Shown here one piece after another: positions 1 to 12,780 of a stretch of 64,000 nucleotides of DNA. The notes under the pieces were generated by a model, which made no database searches, was not told the origin of the DNA, and was given only the letters and a program-made list of their open reading frames with translations. The stretch comes from Dimorphilus gyrociliatus (taxonomy: Eukaryota; Animalia; Annelida): NCBI GenBank assembly GCA_904063045.1, contig CAJFCJ010000027.1, forward strand, positions 186,001 to 250,000, read 5' to 3'. The stretch's first letter is position 1. Each line of letters starts with the position of its first letter. Both the position numbers and the translations under genes were made by a program.

Positions 1-354
1 TATATATACATATATATATATACTGAATATATTATTAATATTTTGCACATCCTATACAAAAATGCTTTATTAAAAAAAAAGAGCGTCCAAGCGTTTAATT
101 TGAAAAAGACAAATCTTTTTATACAGAGATAGAAACATTTAACTTGTAGGTTTTATGTACTAAATTTACCTTTATTAATTATAGAGCAAGCATTGTATTA
201 TTAGCCACTAATTAGATAGAATAAATCCAATGAAATTGCGTATACATTTATGTATTAATACATTCTATATGTACTGTATCTATCTTAGAATATATATTGT
301 ATATTTATAGATCTACATACGTATAGATATACATGTATACACATATATTTATAC

Positions 355-364
<10 letters not shown>

Positions 365-391
<27 letters not shown>
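365..391. repeat. (TA)n microsatellite (one of dozens in the window)
   Basis: Directly visible run. Confidence 0.95.
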
Positions 392-1708
392 CTTCTATAT
401 GTACTATATAATATATATTCGACACATAAGACATAAAACTCAGATATATATATTTAGCCGATCCGGCAACCTAATTAATATTCATAAACACCTCCGGGCA
501 ATAAGCGAATACATAATCAAAGAAGCGAAACTTTATACAGAAACGAATAAAGGCGGACGTCTATAGGAGCGTCTAAAGGCGTCGTCTATATATGACGTCG
601 AGTGTCGAAAATACACAGAACCCGTATTTGCCTTCCATAATTGCTCTCGCTCCGACAATGCACTTGGAAAGCGCGCTCTCAGCGCCAATTGCAGCCAGCA
701 ATGCAGCTTGGCGTACTGCAACCACTCCTATTGTCGAGGCACGCATTCGACGATAGTCATACAATTTTCAGACTTTATACGGCCATTAGACGAAGAGCAT
801 GCACTCGTGGCCCGCGTGTCGTCCGTAAATAGGCCCAAGAATAGTACCAGAAAAGGCTGATTGACAAAACTTGAAACTGGATAGAAAACTCTTATCCTTT
901 TCCAAGACGAAATTACTTTTAGCTCTATTTTATACTTCAAAATGAGTATAACAATATAAAGAAAGGGAGCGACGTTGAAAATAAGAGTACGGGGCAGATA
1001 GGGGAATAGGACTAAGGAGGCAGAAAGCGAAAAGAGAGATAAATATATTAGATATAGGTAGATAGTTTGATAGAGAGGAGGGTGGGGAGGGGGGAGACAG
1101 AATGAGACGAACAAATAGAAGAGGGTGAAGAAAAGGTAAAAAGAATGGAAGACGAGGGCTTGGATTATACCGAGTATGAAGCTAATTTACCCGGTTCTTC
1201 GATGAAAAGGAAGATATTTATAAAAGAAATTTAATACGGTTTTATAATTATTATTTTGTTTCATTAAACTTAACGTTTCCATTGAAATTTTTTGCACTTT
1301 ATAAAGAAAAACAGAAGTCGTAGGAAAGTTGAAAAGTAAAGACTTATAAAACAATTTATTGTAGTGTATAGACTTTCGTGTCATATAGTTTACAGTTTCT
1401 CCTTTCAAGCTTATAAGTTTCTGGAAGAGTATAAAGTAATAAAGTAAGAAAAAAAAAGTGAATGATACGAGTTCTCTATTACGAAGTGAGGAAAAAAAAC
1501 TTACTCTTTTTTCCTTCTTACAAAAGTCAAATTCCGTAAATCATGTATTACACTATTCTGATTGTGTTTAAAATGTCTAAGAGTTTGTGACGTCATTCAT
1601 TGATTAGTGTCAAGCTACAAAGCGATTAAAGCGATTAGGGCTTAGCGAAGAGGATAGTCTATTAGAAGAATATTTTTTTGTTCTTTAGATATTTTTGTCA
1701 AATACAAA

Positions 1709-1739
<31 letters not shown>

Positions 1740-2598
1740 CTGTATATATACTGTATATACAATATATTGTGTACATTAACTACACTATATATGTAAAAGT
1801 TAGGTTAAAGTTAATTCAGCATAATTGAATATTAGAGTGGATAGAGAAGAAAGAAATTAGATTCGCCTTCATCCACAGTTTATCAAATATTGCCTAAGTG
1901 TTTTGTATTTGTTTACGTGATCGAGACTCGTCAATTATCTCAAGAAGTGTGACGTGATAATATATGACTGGGTAGTTTTTGTGCCTTTAAAGTAAAATAG
2001 TTAAATATACAGTATACATATCTACGATATACTGTGTACAGTATATGCTAATATAAAAAATCATTTACCCTCTACAGTATATCCTATCGTCATACTGTAC
2101 TGCAAAAGTATTAAATATCTTATAGATGTTCTATTAGTGGAATAAGAAGACTGACCAGTACATTGGGAGAGGGTTTTCTATATTTATACAAGTATGTATA
2201 AAAAAAAGGGTATACCGTAAACTGCATTCTGTATATTATACATTAAATACATTAAATACATACGTATGTGTTGTATATTGAGTGTTTGGAAAAATACAAT
2301 CGTTTATACATAACGTATGAGTGTTTATTTGTTGAATGGATGCTTGTGCAAATAAATAAAGGAAGGATGAATAACAAGACGTTCGCCTAAGCAATATAAA
2401 GGATACATAGATGAGATTATAATGATTATTATTAATTATAAATCAAATTAATGATTAAATCTATAATACGATACGATTAAATAAAGAAACTTAAAAGTGT
2501 TGAATAGAATTAGCATGCAAGAAATGAAATAGACGGCATAAAATAGACGAGTAAAGCTAGAAAAAAAATTTTCTTGCCGCTTCAAAGTGACAAAAGCC

Positions 2599-2988
2599 TA
2601 TTGTAAAGTTAGACAAAAGCTTTAAAGCACATTTACTCATTGGCGCACTGATGCAAGAAGGCGACGGGAGTGTGCGCCGCAATACTGCAATACAGCGGCA
2701 GACAATAGCGGCGCATTGTATAAACACGTGTATATTGTATGCGAGAATAATAGCTAAATACACTTTGCGCCTTTACCTAGCTACAATAGGTTGAGTATAG
2801 CGTATCACAATGGGCCCTGTTTGTCTCATGTTGAATGCATAAATACATTATGTATAGTTTATCAAGGGAAAGGGGCCGTTAGAAACAGGTGCGAAAATGA
2901 TATGACAATGGAGGTAGGCTGCACAGCGCATTAGCGATCAGATCCATTCGAACAATGAAACTAAATGGACTCATTTTACTTGTATTGT
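2599..2988. promoter_or_regulatory. Homotypic cluster of Sox-type sites (ACAATR), candidate enhancer 3' of SoxB2
   Basis: There are nine ACAATA/ACAATG matches on either strand in 390 bp (2599, 2702, 2714, 2733, 2783, 2807, 2905, 2952, 2983) inside a GC-richer island, plus E-boxes CACGTG (2725) and CAGGTG (2886). Function is inferred. Confidence 0.5.
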
Positions 2989-5900
2989 TTGCAAGAGACA
3001 ATTCGAGGCTTGGAGTAGATCAGAAGTGAAAAGTTGTCGACTCTGTTCAGCTTAGTGGTTCTTAATAAATTTTTTCTGCTAGTTTTTATCTTTTTTATCA
3101 AAGAAAACAACAAAAACAACATTGTAGAATGGAAGAAAAAAAAGACAAGTTTGTCAATTATAAAGTTAATGTTTTTATTTGATTAAAATGTCATACAGTT
3201 ATATTCAATAATGGCTTTTAGATGAACGGTTCATGAAAAGCTGTTTATACGTTGTTCTGTATTAATATAATTATATAACGCATATAAATTATTGTATAGC
3301 AATACTTACAGTGTAATATGAATTTTTCGTAAAAACACCAAAAATTTCGTGTAAATTGTAATATGTGTATAGTAACACTCTCATTTAGTTGAAAGTGTCT
3401 TCTAAATAAAGGTAATGTATACACTGTATACTGTATACTATTTACTTGTTTATACAAATATAATCGTGTAAAGTTCTGTGCACAAGGTGTGATTTGTTAG
3501 TGTAATTGGTATTGAAAAGCAACACAGAGAGGAGAATAAAGAGTAGCAAGGTTAATTGGGCTTTATCGATTGCTTTACGATTGGAACAAGGTGAAAAGAA
3601 AGAGGAGGAGTGCGTATAGACGGGAAGAGTGAAGAAAAGAGATTAAATAGACAAGAGAGAGAAAAGAAGAATAAGACTAAGAATAAGAGGTAAAAGGCTG
3701 GATGGAAAAGCGAAGGAGAAAGAAAGAGAGAGAGCGAGAGAGGAGGAGAGAAGCAGGAAAGAGTAATAAAAACATATTGTTACAATAAGAAAGAAAACAG
3801 TTGATTTTGATTTTTATAGAGTAGTTTAACTGAAGCAAATAAAAGAAAGTTTCTTACAGATTAAGCTGAATACCCACTGTTCAAATTTAAATATACATAT
3901 GTATATACTGTAAACTGTAGATAGATAAACTAGCATGTTTACAATAACAAGAATAATAAAAACTCGTAACGCATTTACCGACGGATGTATAATTTATATA
4001 CCTTTGTTCGTTTGTCTACAATTACGTATACTTGACGGCTATTAACGTAATCACAAATTGTTTCTACAAATATCTCGAAAGCAAATCAACAAGCGAGATT
4101 AAAAGTGAAAAGGGCGCCAAGGTGAGCGTCTAACGAAGCGTGACGCCGTTCCAATTAGAAGTGTAAAAGTTATTGAGGCGTCACATCGGCCGTCTTTGTA
4201 GACTCGTTAGTCCATTGTCGAACTCGTGCCACGATCAAAGACCGCTTGCCGAAAGAAAGTTGGCGGAGTTTCCTACTGCAAAAATTTTCACCAAAAGTCG
4301 ACTTCTATGTTGCAGATATTGTTTATACATGGCATTGTGTGGTGTATATGGTGCGAATGAATGAACTATACATACGTCAGATTTCTTTTTTTGTGTTCTA
4401 TATCTACTTGCGAACACGTATTTGTTTACTTTTATATGTAGAATATATTTATTAATTTATACGTTAAATACTCCTTTACATGAGGTTAATGTGAAATTAT
4501 AGACAGATTAAGCGATTCGTTTATTTTTAAACTAGATAACCTTTGACTGTAAGCGAAAAAATGTATGCGTAGCGTGAGGAAGTAGGCGGAGGCGTCACTC
4601 GACCCGATCGGTTTATAATGGAATAATTTGATTGTTGATTCTGATGATTTGATTATAGGAAAAGAATCAGTTGGACGGAACAGAAATAGTCTAAATGAAA
4701 TAGATTTGATTTGTCAAAAATGTTCTCCTTTTAAGGGAGTTGCTCTTTATCCAATAGTCAATTGTCGGTCACGCTTTAACAAATGAATATGGAGCGAAAT
4801 TCAGGAAGTGAAACTGTAAAATGAATACGTAAGGAGCAGTAAGCTCGTTAGTCGACCGGCCAGCTGAGACAAACGGTTAGGAATTGCTAATTGCCAATTA
4901 GACGGCACCGCATCTGCTCTTGAAAGGGTCGTATTCAGAAAGAGAATGGCGCGCAAAAGTGCGGCCACAAGCGTCTTTTTTATCGAATACAATAGTCAAG
5001 GTGACAATGAACACAATAGCGTTCTGTAAATGCAGTAGTCGTTGCGGTTCTTTTTGCTTAATATATGACTATTCTTTTCCTTTTCTTCTTTTACCATATT
5101 TCCATACTGTTAATGTTTTCTCTTCTTTTTCCGGAAAAAAGCCCATAATCTCCAGCGTTTTTCCTACATTAGTAAACGCCTACAAGATACGAGATGTACG
5201 TTGCCTACTTTATAGAGTTGGTTATATTTGTATATAATTAGCGCAACAACCAATTATACGTGGAGCGTTTATTTGTTAAATAATCATATAAAAAAAGGCC
5301 TAAAATTTAGTAGTTTGACCTTTAATATATATAGTTATATGTATATGTATATATATATAGTTTATATTCTTATTAATAAGTTCTATTGATGAGGTTAAAT
5401 AATAAATTAATAGGTTGAAAATATATACGCAAAATTCTAGTGAAAGAAATGAATAAAGTAGATGTACAAAGTATATAAAATACTCTATACATTGTGCATA
5501 TAAGAAAACATACTGAATTTATTCTCTATAAAGCGTTACTCACTGGGAATAATACAATAAAATTTTCCATTTAACATCCCCTTTATTATATTCTTTAACT
5601 TAATTTTTTCCCTTTGTTTGTTCTTTTGTTATACTTTCATCCTCTTTCTCATAGACGACGCTTACTCTTAAATACATCTTATAGGCTTTATTATTTCCTC
5701 TATCATTCATTTTGTATTCTTTATTTTGCAAAGGTGTTTGAAGGTCGTTACTAAATTTATTTCTTCTCTTCTTTTCTTTTACTCCCCTTTTTTCTTAAAA
5801 ATTTTTAATAAGGCGTACTTTGTACTATCTACACATTGTATACGCTTATAGGCTTATATACAGTATATATACGTTTGTGCTTGCCCTTTTTCACCATTCT

Positions 5901-6533
5901 CTCTCTCTCCCTCTCTCTCTCCTACTTTATTCATGATTTCAACTCTTTCTTTTTATTAACTCTAACATAATACAATCTAATCAAAATTCATAAATTTTGA
6001 ATAATAAATGAGCTAGGAAAGAGAATTGAAAAGGGTTATCATCAAGTTCTAATAGGAAAAGAGAGAGACAGAAAGAGAGAGAAGGCGGAAGAAAGGCAAA
6101 GGATGTACGTGAACGGCGAAACGTAAATTGAAATCTATTAAAAATACCAAAGTCACAATGCATTTAGTAATTTCAATTATATTTCCTATTTTGTATCGCA
6201 CAAAACCGAATGGCAATAGCGCGCCTATTCTCAATAGAACTCACTCGATTCGATTGATTTGCCTAATTAAATTGTTTATTGATGAATAGGCGGTTTTAAG
6301 TACAAAAGGCGCAGTAAATCACTGTTTTATCGTCCGCTTCTCTAGGGGACCGCCTACAACATTGCCTCTAATTATAGCTTTTCAATACGAGGCGTCTCGC
6401 AAGCTTTGATTTCAGTTGACGTTTTCAATTAGTCAATGCAGGAGTCAAAGTCACGAAAAGACAAAAAATAATAAAAATCCGTCTATTATTTTCCGTAAAG
6501 CATCTTTAGATAAGAATTTTTTTCTTCCTCGTT

Positions 6534-6563
6534 TATTCATTCATTCATTCATTCATTCATTCA
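6534..6563. repeat. (ATTC)n microsatellite
   Basis: Directly visible run. Confidence 0.9.
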
Positions 6564-9500
6564 TTCTTCCTTTTTTCTTTCTTTATTTCCCTTCTTTATT
6601 TCTGAAAGAGATTTCCATCAGTTCCTCTACATCTCTCCTGCTTTGCTAATGGAATAATTAGATGTAATTTTCAACGTAAATTAATAAACTTGAGAAAATT
6701 GTCGGTGTAAATGGAGGCAGGTAGCCAGTCACCAGTAGAGTTCGAAATACAGAAAGAAAGAGATACAGACAGAGATAGAAAGAGAATAGGTGGAGCAGGG
6801 TATAGGTATGACAGAAAGGAGGATAAAGATATATATATATATATATATACATTTATATACTGCGAATGTGTGTATATGTGTATGCATATGTGTAACTAAA
6901 GTAAATATATACAGTGGCAGAGGCAGAGACAGACAGAGAGAGAGAGGGAGAGAGAGAGAAGAAAGAAGGAAGAATAAAAAGAGAGTTCAATACAATTAGT
7001 AGGAATAATATGGTCATAAGATTACGTATAAAAAAAGATTACCCAACGAAATAAGGGGTTAAAAGGAGGGGAGGGGGTTGGAAATGCATAAATAAATATT
7101 GCATAAACTGTGAACTAAGTACTATACCGTATGTAAGAATGCAAAATAGCTGAAAATTGTATAAAATAACGAATATCAAATAAATTAAATGTTTATTATT
7201 CAACATTTATGTTATATTTATTTTAGACAAGTGATAAAAGTTTGATCTCGCTTAACCAATGCAATTACTGATTGAAGCTCTTAGGAGTATAGTTATATAT
7301 AGCATACAAGAAATATATGTATATAAATTTATATATATATAATATATATATTTATATATATGTAAGGATCATATACTTTACATTAGTGTGTAGAGCTCTT
7401 TACAAATAATGCACTGCGGAACCGTTGAGACTTTTAAAAGAAAATACCAACATTTAGATGATATAAATGGAAAACAATAACCTTCTATGGTAGAGTGTAT
7501 GATGGGTTCAATTAGCTGTGTGGAAAAGAGGATACGTAAAGAATGAAAGAGAAAAGAAAAGAAAGAGAGAAAGAGAAAGAGAGAGAGAGAGGGGGAAAGA
7601 GAAAAGTCTCATTATTGGTGAAAAATCGAATAGTGGAGACGCCTTTGAATCGTTCGTTAAACATATAAAGTAATCTCAGATGGCACTCAATTGTTACATA
7701 CGCCTTATTATCCCCTGCTGTTTTTTTGTAGAAGCGACTAATTTTTCTGCTTATGCATCGTGTTACATACATATGTCACTCATTTTCTCCAATTAACTTT
7801 ACATTAACGCCTTCCCTTCAAACACCTTCTTCTTTCAGCAAAGATTTTGCATCGATTACTTACCGACGTGTAATCTTAAACTTTCTCATTATCATAGTAT
7901 TGTTCGCTATCTATTATTTAAGGACAAAGACCCCTTGTTATCTACTGCAATATTCTATATAGACATTGAACGGAACGACTTAAATTTGAAAAAAAAGAAA
8001 AGGTTAAAGGATAATATATAAAAGAATACAATCATAGCTCATAGGCGATGCTAATAATTATCGACGTTACACCTACTGCAAAGTTGTATTAGGATTAATA
8101 ATATTTACCTATTCAAAACGCGTAATTTGAATAGGACGAATTCAATTGCCTGTGACTAAAATGGTGAATTAATGCTTTATTGCATCTTTCTTGCATCAAT
8201 ACACATGTATAATATGGCTCAATCATTTATTGTAAAGGTTTGTGCATGGGATATTATTTATATTACAATACATGTATTGTTTGTCTATATATGTAGATAT
8301 AGTCGATAAATGGCTTGTGAATAAATGTAATGGAATTGTTATTTGACAGGTTTTATGCTTTGTGCGAAGAAGAATAATACAGATAAATATATTTTGTTAT
8401 ATATGCGAATAAATGCGCGGATAAGTATCTTTCTTTACATTAATACAACTGCTAAACAGTATCATCGTCATCGTCATTATCATCAACAGCAACAAAAATA
8501 ACACAACAAAAACAAAGCACATTGAATTATCCTAACCAAGAGTAACCCATATTTTCAAATAATCTCATCTTTTGGTTGTTTTATACGTCATTTATCGGCT
8601 TAAGAAGATCAAAGGAACGTAGATTGATGATTACTAATTCGGTAGAGAACGGCCTCTCCTTATTCTTCTCTGTCTCTGTCTCCCAATCTCTCGCTCTCTC
8701 TCTCTGTCTCTTCCTCTTCTTCTCCTTCTATTAATCTACGTTGTCGAACTTTACCTTGGCTTAGTATATGTTATTCTTTGATAGTTTTCCCATTTTTTTT
8801 GCTGTATCTACCTTCACCTTATTTTTTTTTACCTTTTTTTCACTCGTTATATTATCTATGAGAAGAAAAAATTACTTTACTCTAACCCGAAATGTCGCCT
8901 TCAAAATGACGAGCAATGGATTTTCCATTCCCCTTCTCCCATTATCAAAACGCTCACTTAATAGAAGATTGGAGAAATCCTTTTAAGTAAAAAGTCGTTT
9001 CAACATACTTTGAAAGAAATATATAAAGATGGCGTCTAAGAAATAAACGCATACGCTGCCTTTTCAGGCAATCATGTCTCCTATAATGACCATCAGTGAT
9101 TGGCAGTCTGATTGACTTTCCGTCCAGTTTTATTCATTTACTTACTGTCTGATAGATTTTCGAGGGCCCTTTCTGTCCTTCGTGCATTCAATATGAAAAA
9201 AAGCGACAAAAAGTACACTTTCTAAAAGAGAATACATGCACTCTAAAGATGAGTAGATGGAGAAGAGGAAAAGGAGCGGGAAGCGAAAGGGAAGCGGGAT
9301 AGGTGAACGATGAGAAGTGTAAACGAAGTGTAAAAGAAATCAGGGAGAAGTAGATAAATTGTAATTGTAGTAAAATGAATTGAATGGAAGAAATCGAAAG
9401 AAAAAAGGGGATAGAGAAGAGATATAAGATGAAAGAGAGAGAAAATAAATGAGACAAAACAAAACAAAAGAGAAAAATAAAGTAGCATGTGCGAAGAAAA

Positions 9501-11134
9501 GCCTCTTGAATTTTCGTTCAACTGCGCTTTATTATTTTACGTTCAAACAGAAAGAGTTGAACTTAATTACAAAGGCAATCGGACCGCAACAAATTGCTGT
9601 CTCTCAAAATGAAATTTCGAGCGCTTTATGCGAACAAAGCTATTTTTTCTTCGACTTAAAAGAAGAGAAAACTGTCTTGAAGAGCAAGTATCGCCTGAAG
9701 CTGCCCGTAACAACACTGTAGCCTTTTCTAGCAATAAAATATCGCCATTAGCACTTCTAATGCTCTCCTCTTCCTCTTCTTCCATCTGCCTCGACCTCAT
9801 TTGCATAATTTCTTGAATGTTCGTTACGCAAACAATCAAATTTTACGCTTGTAAACGTTTTCAAGTTTATTATCTTGTTAGTTGGAATTAATTCATATTT
9901 CTATGTTTTCGTTAGTTAAGAGAGAAAATCGAATAAAGTAAAATGGCGATAGGAAATATAACAATTTCACTTCTTTTACTTTATAATAAAAGTGTCAAAG
10001 AAAATTGTTTTTCATTGACATTTGCAAAGTTTAGGGTCCCTTTTTCCTCTTTATCTACATTCTTGTTTTCTTCCTCTTTTTTCTACAACTTTTTCTTCTT
10101 CAAATTTTTCCCTCTTGTCAGTCTATTTCCTTCTCCCAGTACATCTATTTACACATATATACATATACATATACATATATATATATATATATATATATGC
10201 ACAAATTTACATGTACATATGTATAAATAATATCTCATCTCTCTCTCTCGCTCTCTCTCATTCCTTCAGGTTTCTTCAGTCATACTTGTTTTCTTCTTCT
10301 TCTTCTTCTTCTCCTTAATATACCTTATATCTTGCTTATATCCTTTCTTTATTCCATCATTTTTTTGTGTGTTTAGAAAGAAAGAGAAAAAACAGAAACT
10401 AAATGATAATTGAAAAAAGAAGAAGAATGCCTTCACCGCACCTCTCTTGTTTTCTTTCTTCAACTCATCATTTCTTGTTGTTTTCTTGTGTTTTCTCTAT
10501 TTTTAAAAGAAAAAAAGGTGTACGCATATCTAGACGGAGAGAAAATGGAGGGACAGAGAAACAGAAAGAGAGATAGCTGGACGGAGCGATAAAAAAGAGA
10601 GATAAAGTTGAAAACGCAAAAAAGCAGAAAAGATAACAAGATAAAAAATGAAAAGAAATAGTTTTTATTAAAATTTTTATAGTTAAATTAATCAATTAAA
10701 TAATTAATTAATTAAAGTTTAACTATTAGAAAAGAAAAAGAAATTATAGGCCTAAAAGAAGTAACGAAATAGATAAGAATAATGTTGGGCCGTAGCCGGA
10801 ATTAGGGGAATGAGAGTGAATTGCAAAGAAGCTCAACGAAGCGCGAAATGACGACAAATTAACAGCATTCGACGCTATTTGCTTGTGGAAGAGACGTCTA
10901 TAGACGCTTTAGACGGTCAATCGCTGCCGTACTAGAGGTCAGCTAAGAATTCTTTGATTATCTTCTTACTCGCGCAATTACTACTTTTCTGTTGATTGAA
11001 AACGTGTTTTTGTCGGAGAACGACGGTAAAACCGAAAAAAATTTTCTATTTCGGATACAATACTGATACGACAGCTAAATGAAGGAGATTAGCGGCGATT
11101 AATTAGATCTTAATTACTTTTTATGCATCAACAG

Positions 11135-11992
11135 TTAGGTGGAAGGAGTTTTTAATTCTTCGTTAGGCAAACCTGGTGGTGGTATGTAACCAGGGTGAGG
11201 TCTTGTAATGGGCGGCGGAGGGCTACCTTCCTTCACAGCTGGACTCTTCGGGGGGGAATAGTGATGAAGATTACCGTATTGTTGATGTAGAGCGGCAACT
11301 GCTGCGGCGGAGAAAGGTGGAAGAGAGCTAAAATGAGGATACGAATTGAGTAACGATGGCGGAGGAGGTAGAAAGTCGTGGGAACGTTCTAGGAACTTTG
11401 GATCCAGAAAAGGCAAAGGCGGCATCAGTGAACGATCCGAAGATGCTGAGATTGCTCTGAGTGTATCAGCAGCGGGGGAAGAGCCGAGAAGGAAAGGAGG
11501 AGGCGCCGGTGGTAAAGGTCCCAATCCTGGATGTCCAGCCAACATTGGCAATGGGAAAGGATACTTGGCAGTTTTCAAAAGAGATTTTGTCTTTCTTCTT
11601 GGCCTGTATTTATAATCTGGATGCTCTTTCATATGCAGAGCCCGTAAACGTTTTGCTTCGTCAATAAATGGCCTTTTTTGCTCCTCTGTCAAAAGTTTCC
11701 ATTCCGCACCCAAACGCTTTGAAATTTCCGAATTGTGCATTTTTGGATTTTCTTGCGCCATTTTACGCCGTTGTCCTCTAGACCAGACCATAAAAGCATT
11801 CATAGGTCTCTTTACGTGATCCTGGCCAGAATTCGGCACAGCGAACATATTTGGTGACAATCGCTCGTCATCAACTCGACAAACATCTACACTCGGTTCC
11901 ATGCTGAGGAAAAGTGACGCCGTAACTGAATAGACGCTCCGCCTTGCAGGCCCCGCCTTACAGGGGGCGTCATAAACACATCGCCTTTTCAT
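11135..11992 (-). CDS. SoxB2: SoxB2 (Sox14/Sox21-type) HMG-box transcription factor, intronless, up to 285 aa
   Basis: The ORF contains a complete SoxB HMG box, [77 protein letters not shown] (about 11821-11591). It is followed by the group-B extension [13 protein letters not shown] and a Pro-rich C-terminus. DHVKRP (rather than DRVKRP) and the YPFP extension favour B2 over B1. The start codon is uncertain, with in-frame ATGs at 11992, 11902 and 11848. Confidence 0.96.
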   Translation of the reverse strand: MKRRCVYDAPCKAGPARRSVYSVTASLFLSMEPSVDVCRVDDERLSPNMFAVPNSGQDHVKRPMNAFMVWSRGQRRKMAQENPKMHNSEISKRLGAEWKLLTEEQKRPFIDEAKRLRALHMKEHPDYKYRPRRKTKSLLKTAKYPFPLPMLAGHPGLGPLPPAPPPFLLGSSPAADTLRAISASSDRSLMPPLPFLDPKFLERSHDFLPPPPSLLNSYPHFSSLPPFSAAAVAALHQQYGNLHHYSPPKSPAVKEGSPPPPITRPHPGYIPPPGLPNEELKTPST

Positions 11993-11999
11993 CGCCGCT

Positions 12000-12780
12000 T
12001 TACAAAGCGTCCGTTTCGAGTAACGGGAGGCGACAAAGTAACATTTTTCTCGGGTTCGATACGAGGCGTAGAAGCGTTACAAAAGCCTTTCATTCACCGC
12101 CCTCCTCTTTTACCGTCTAGAAAAAGGGCTTCGGCAACAAAAGGGACTGTTTAATCATATTATACTTACTTCTTTCACCTCTCATTCGCTTTATTAATAT
12201 AACATCCTTTCTTCACCAACAATGTTTCCATTCTTTACCTATCCACATTGCGCTCTTCTATTAGGATTATTAAACACTGATATTGTACAGGTTGTTTGTA
12301 TAGTTTGGCAAACGTTTTAAACACTTATCGTTTTATGTAAAAAAAGGAAAGAATAATGAAAAAAACAGAGAGGGCTATCTTATCTTCCTATCTATCCTTT
12401 TCTATATTTACAGTATACCTTTTTTGATACTAAGACTGCTTATTTAAGAGGGTCTTTTTTTCTATTTCTAGTATAATGAGAGTGATGATGGCGTGATGGG
12501 TAGGATATGTGTCGTGCGAACAAAGTCACGATACGGTCATTAATAGTCTGACTAGTTAGCTGTAATTGTCGACGGTTTTTAACAGACTTCCGCCACTTTT
12601 CGTGTATAAGGAGGCCGCTATTAATTGTTTGTCTCCTTAATTGGCGACGTGTCAAGTTCAACTTCTACTATCACGTGTTTTTTCACCCTTCTTATAAATT
12701 GTTTGTAATTGGGGGCGGAGTAATCAGTGGGTGGCCCGGGTATTGTCATACTCTCTTTTCCCCCAACACTCTTCCAAGAG
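12000..12780 (-). promoter_or_regulatory. Putative SoxB2 promoter / 5' regulatory region
   Basis: This GC-richer, CpG-containing sequence lies immediately upstream of the ORF. It contains a GC box GGGGGCGGAG (12711-12720), an E-box CACGTG (12672) and a CCAAT on the minus strand (about 12640). The TSS cannot be located. Confidence 0.4.

Noticed and set aside
4801-5040. Signal-peptide-like minus-strand readings (KTLVAALLRAILFL; NAIVFIVTLTIVF)
   Set aside because: There is no ATG, stops lie immediately upstream or downstream, and the hydrophobic codons are partly explained by repeated ATTGT Sox sites.
11346-11667. Plus-strand ORFs overlapping SoxB2
   Set aside because: These are antisense shadows of a GC-rich coding sequence with no independent support.
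12048-12066. GGTTCGAT Pol III B-box / tRNA T-loop-like sequence
   Set aside because: There is no 5-bp T stem, no A box and no cloverleaf.
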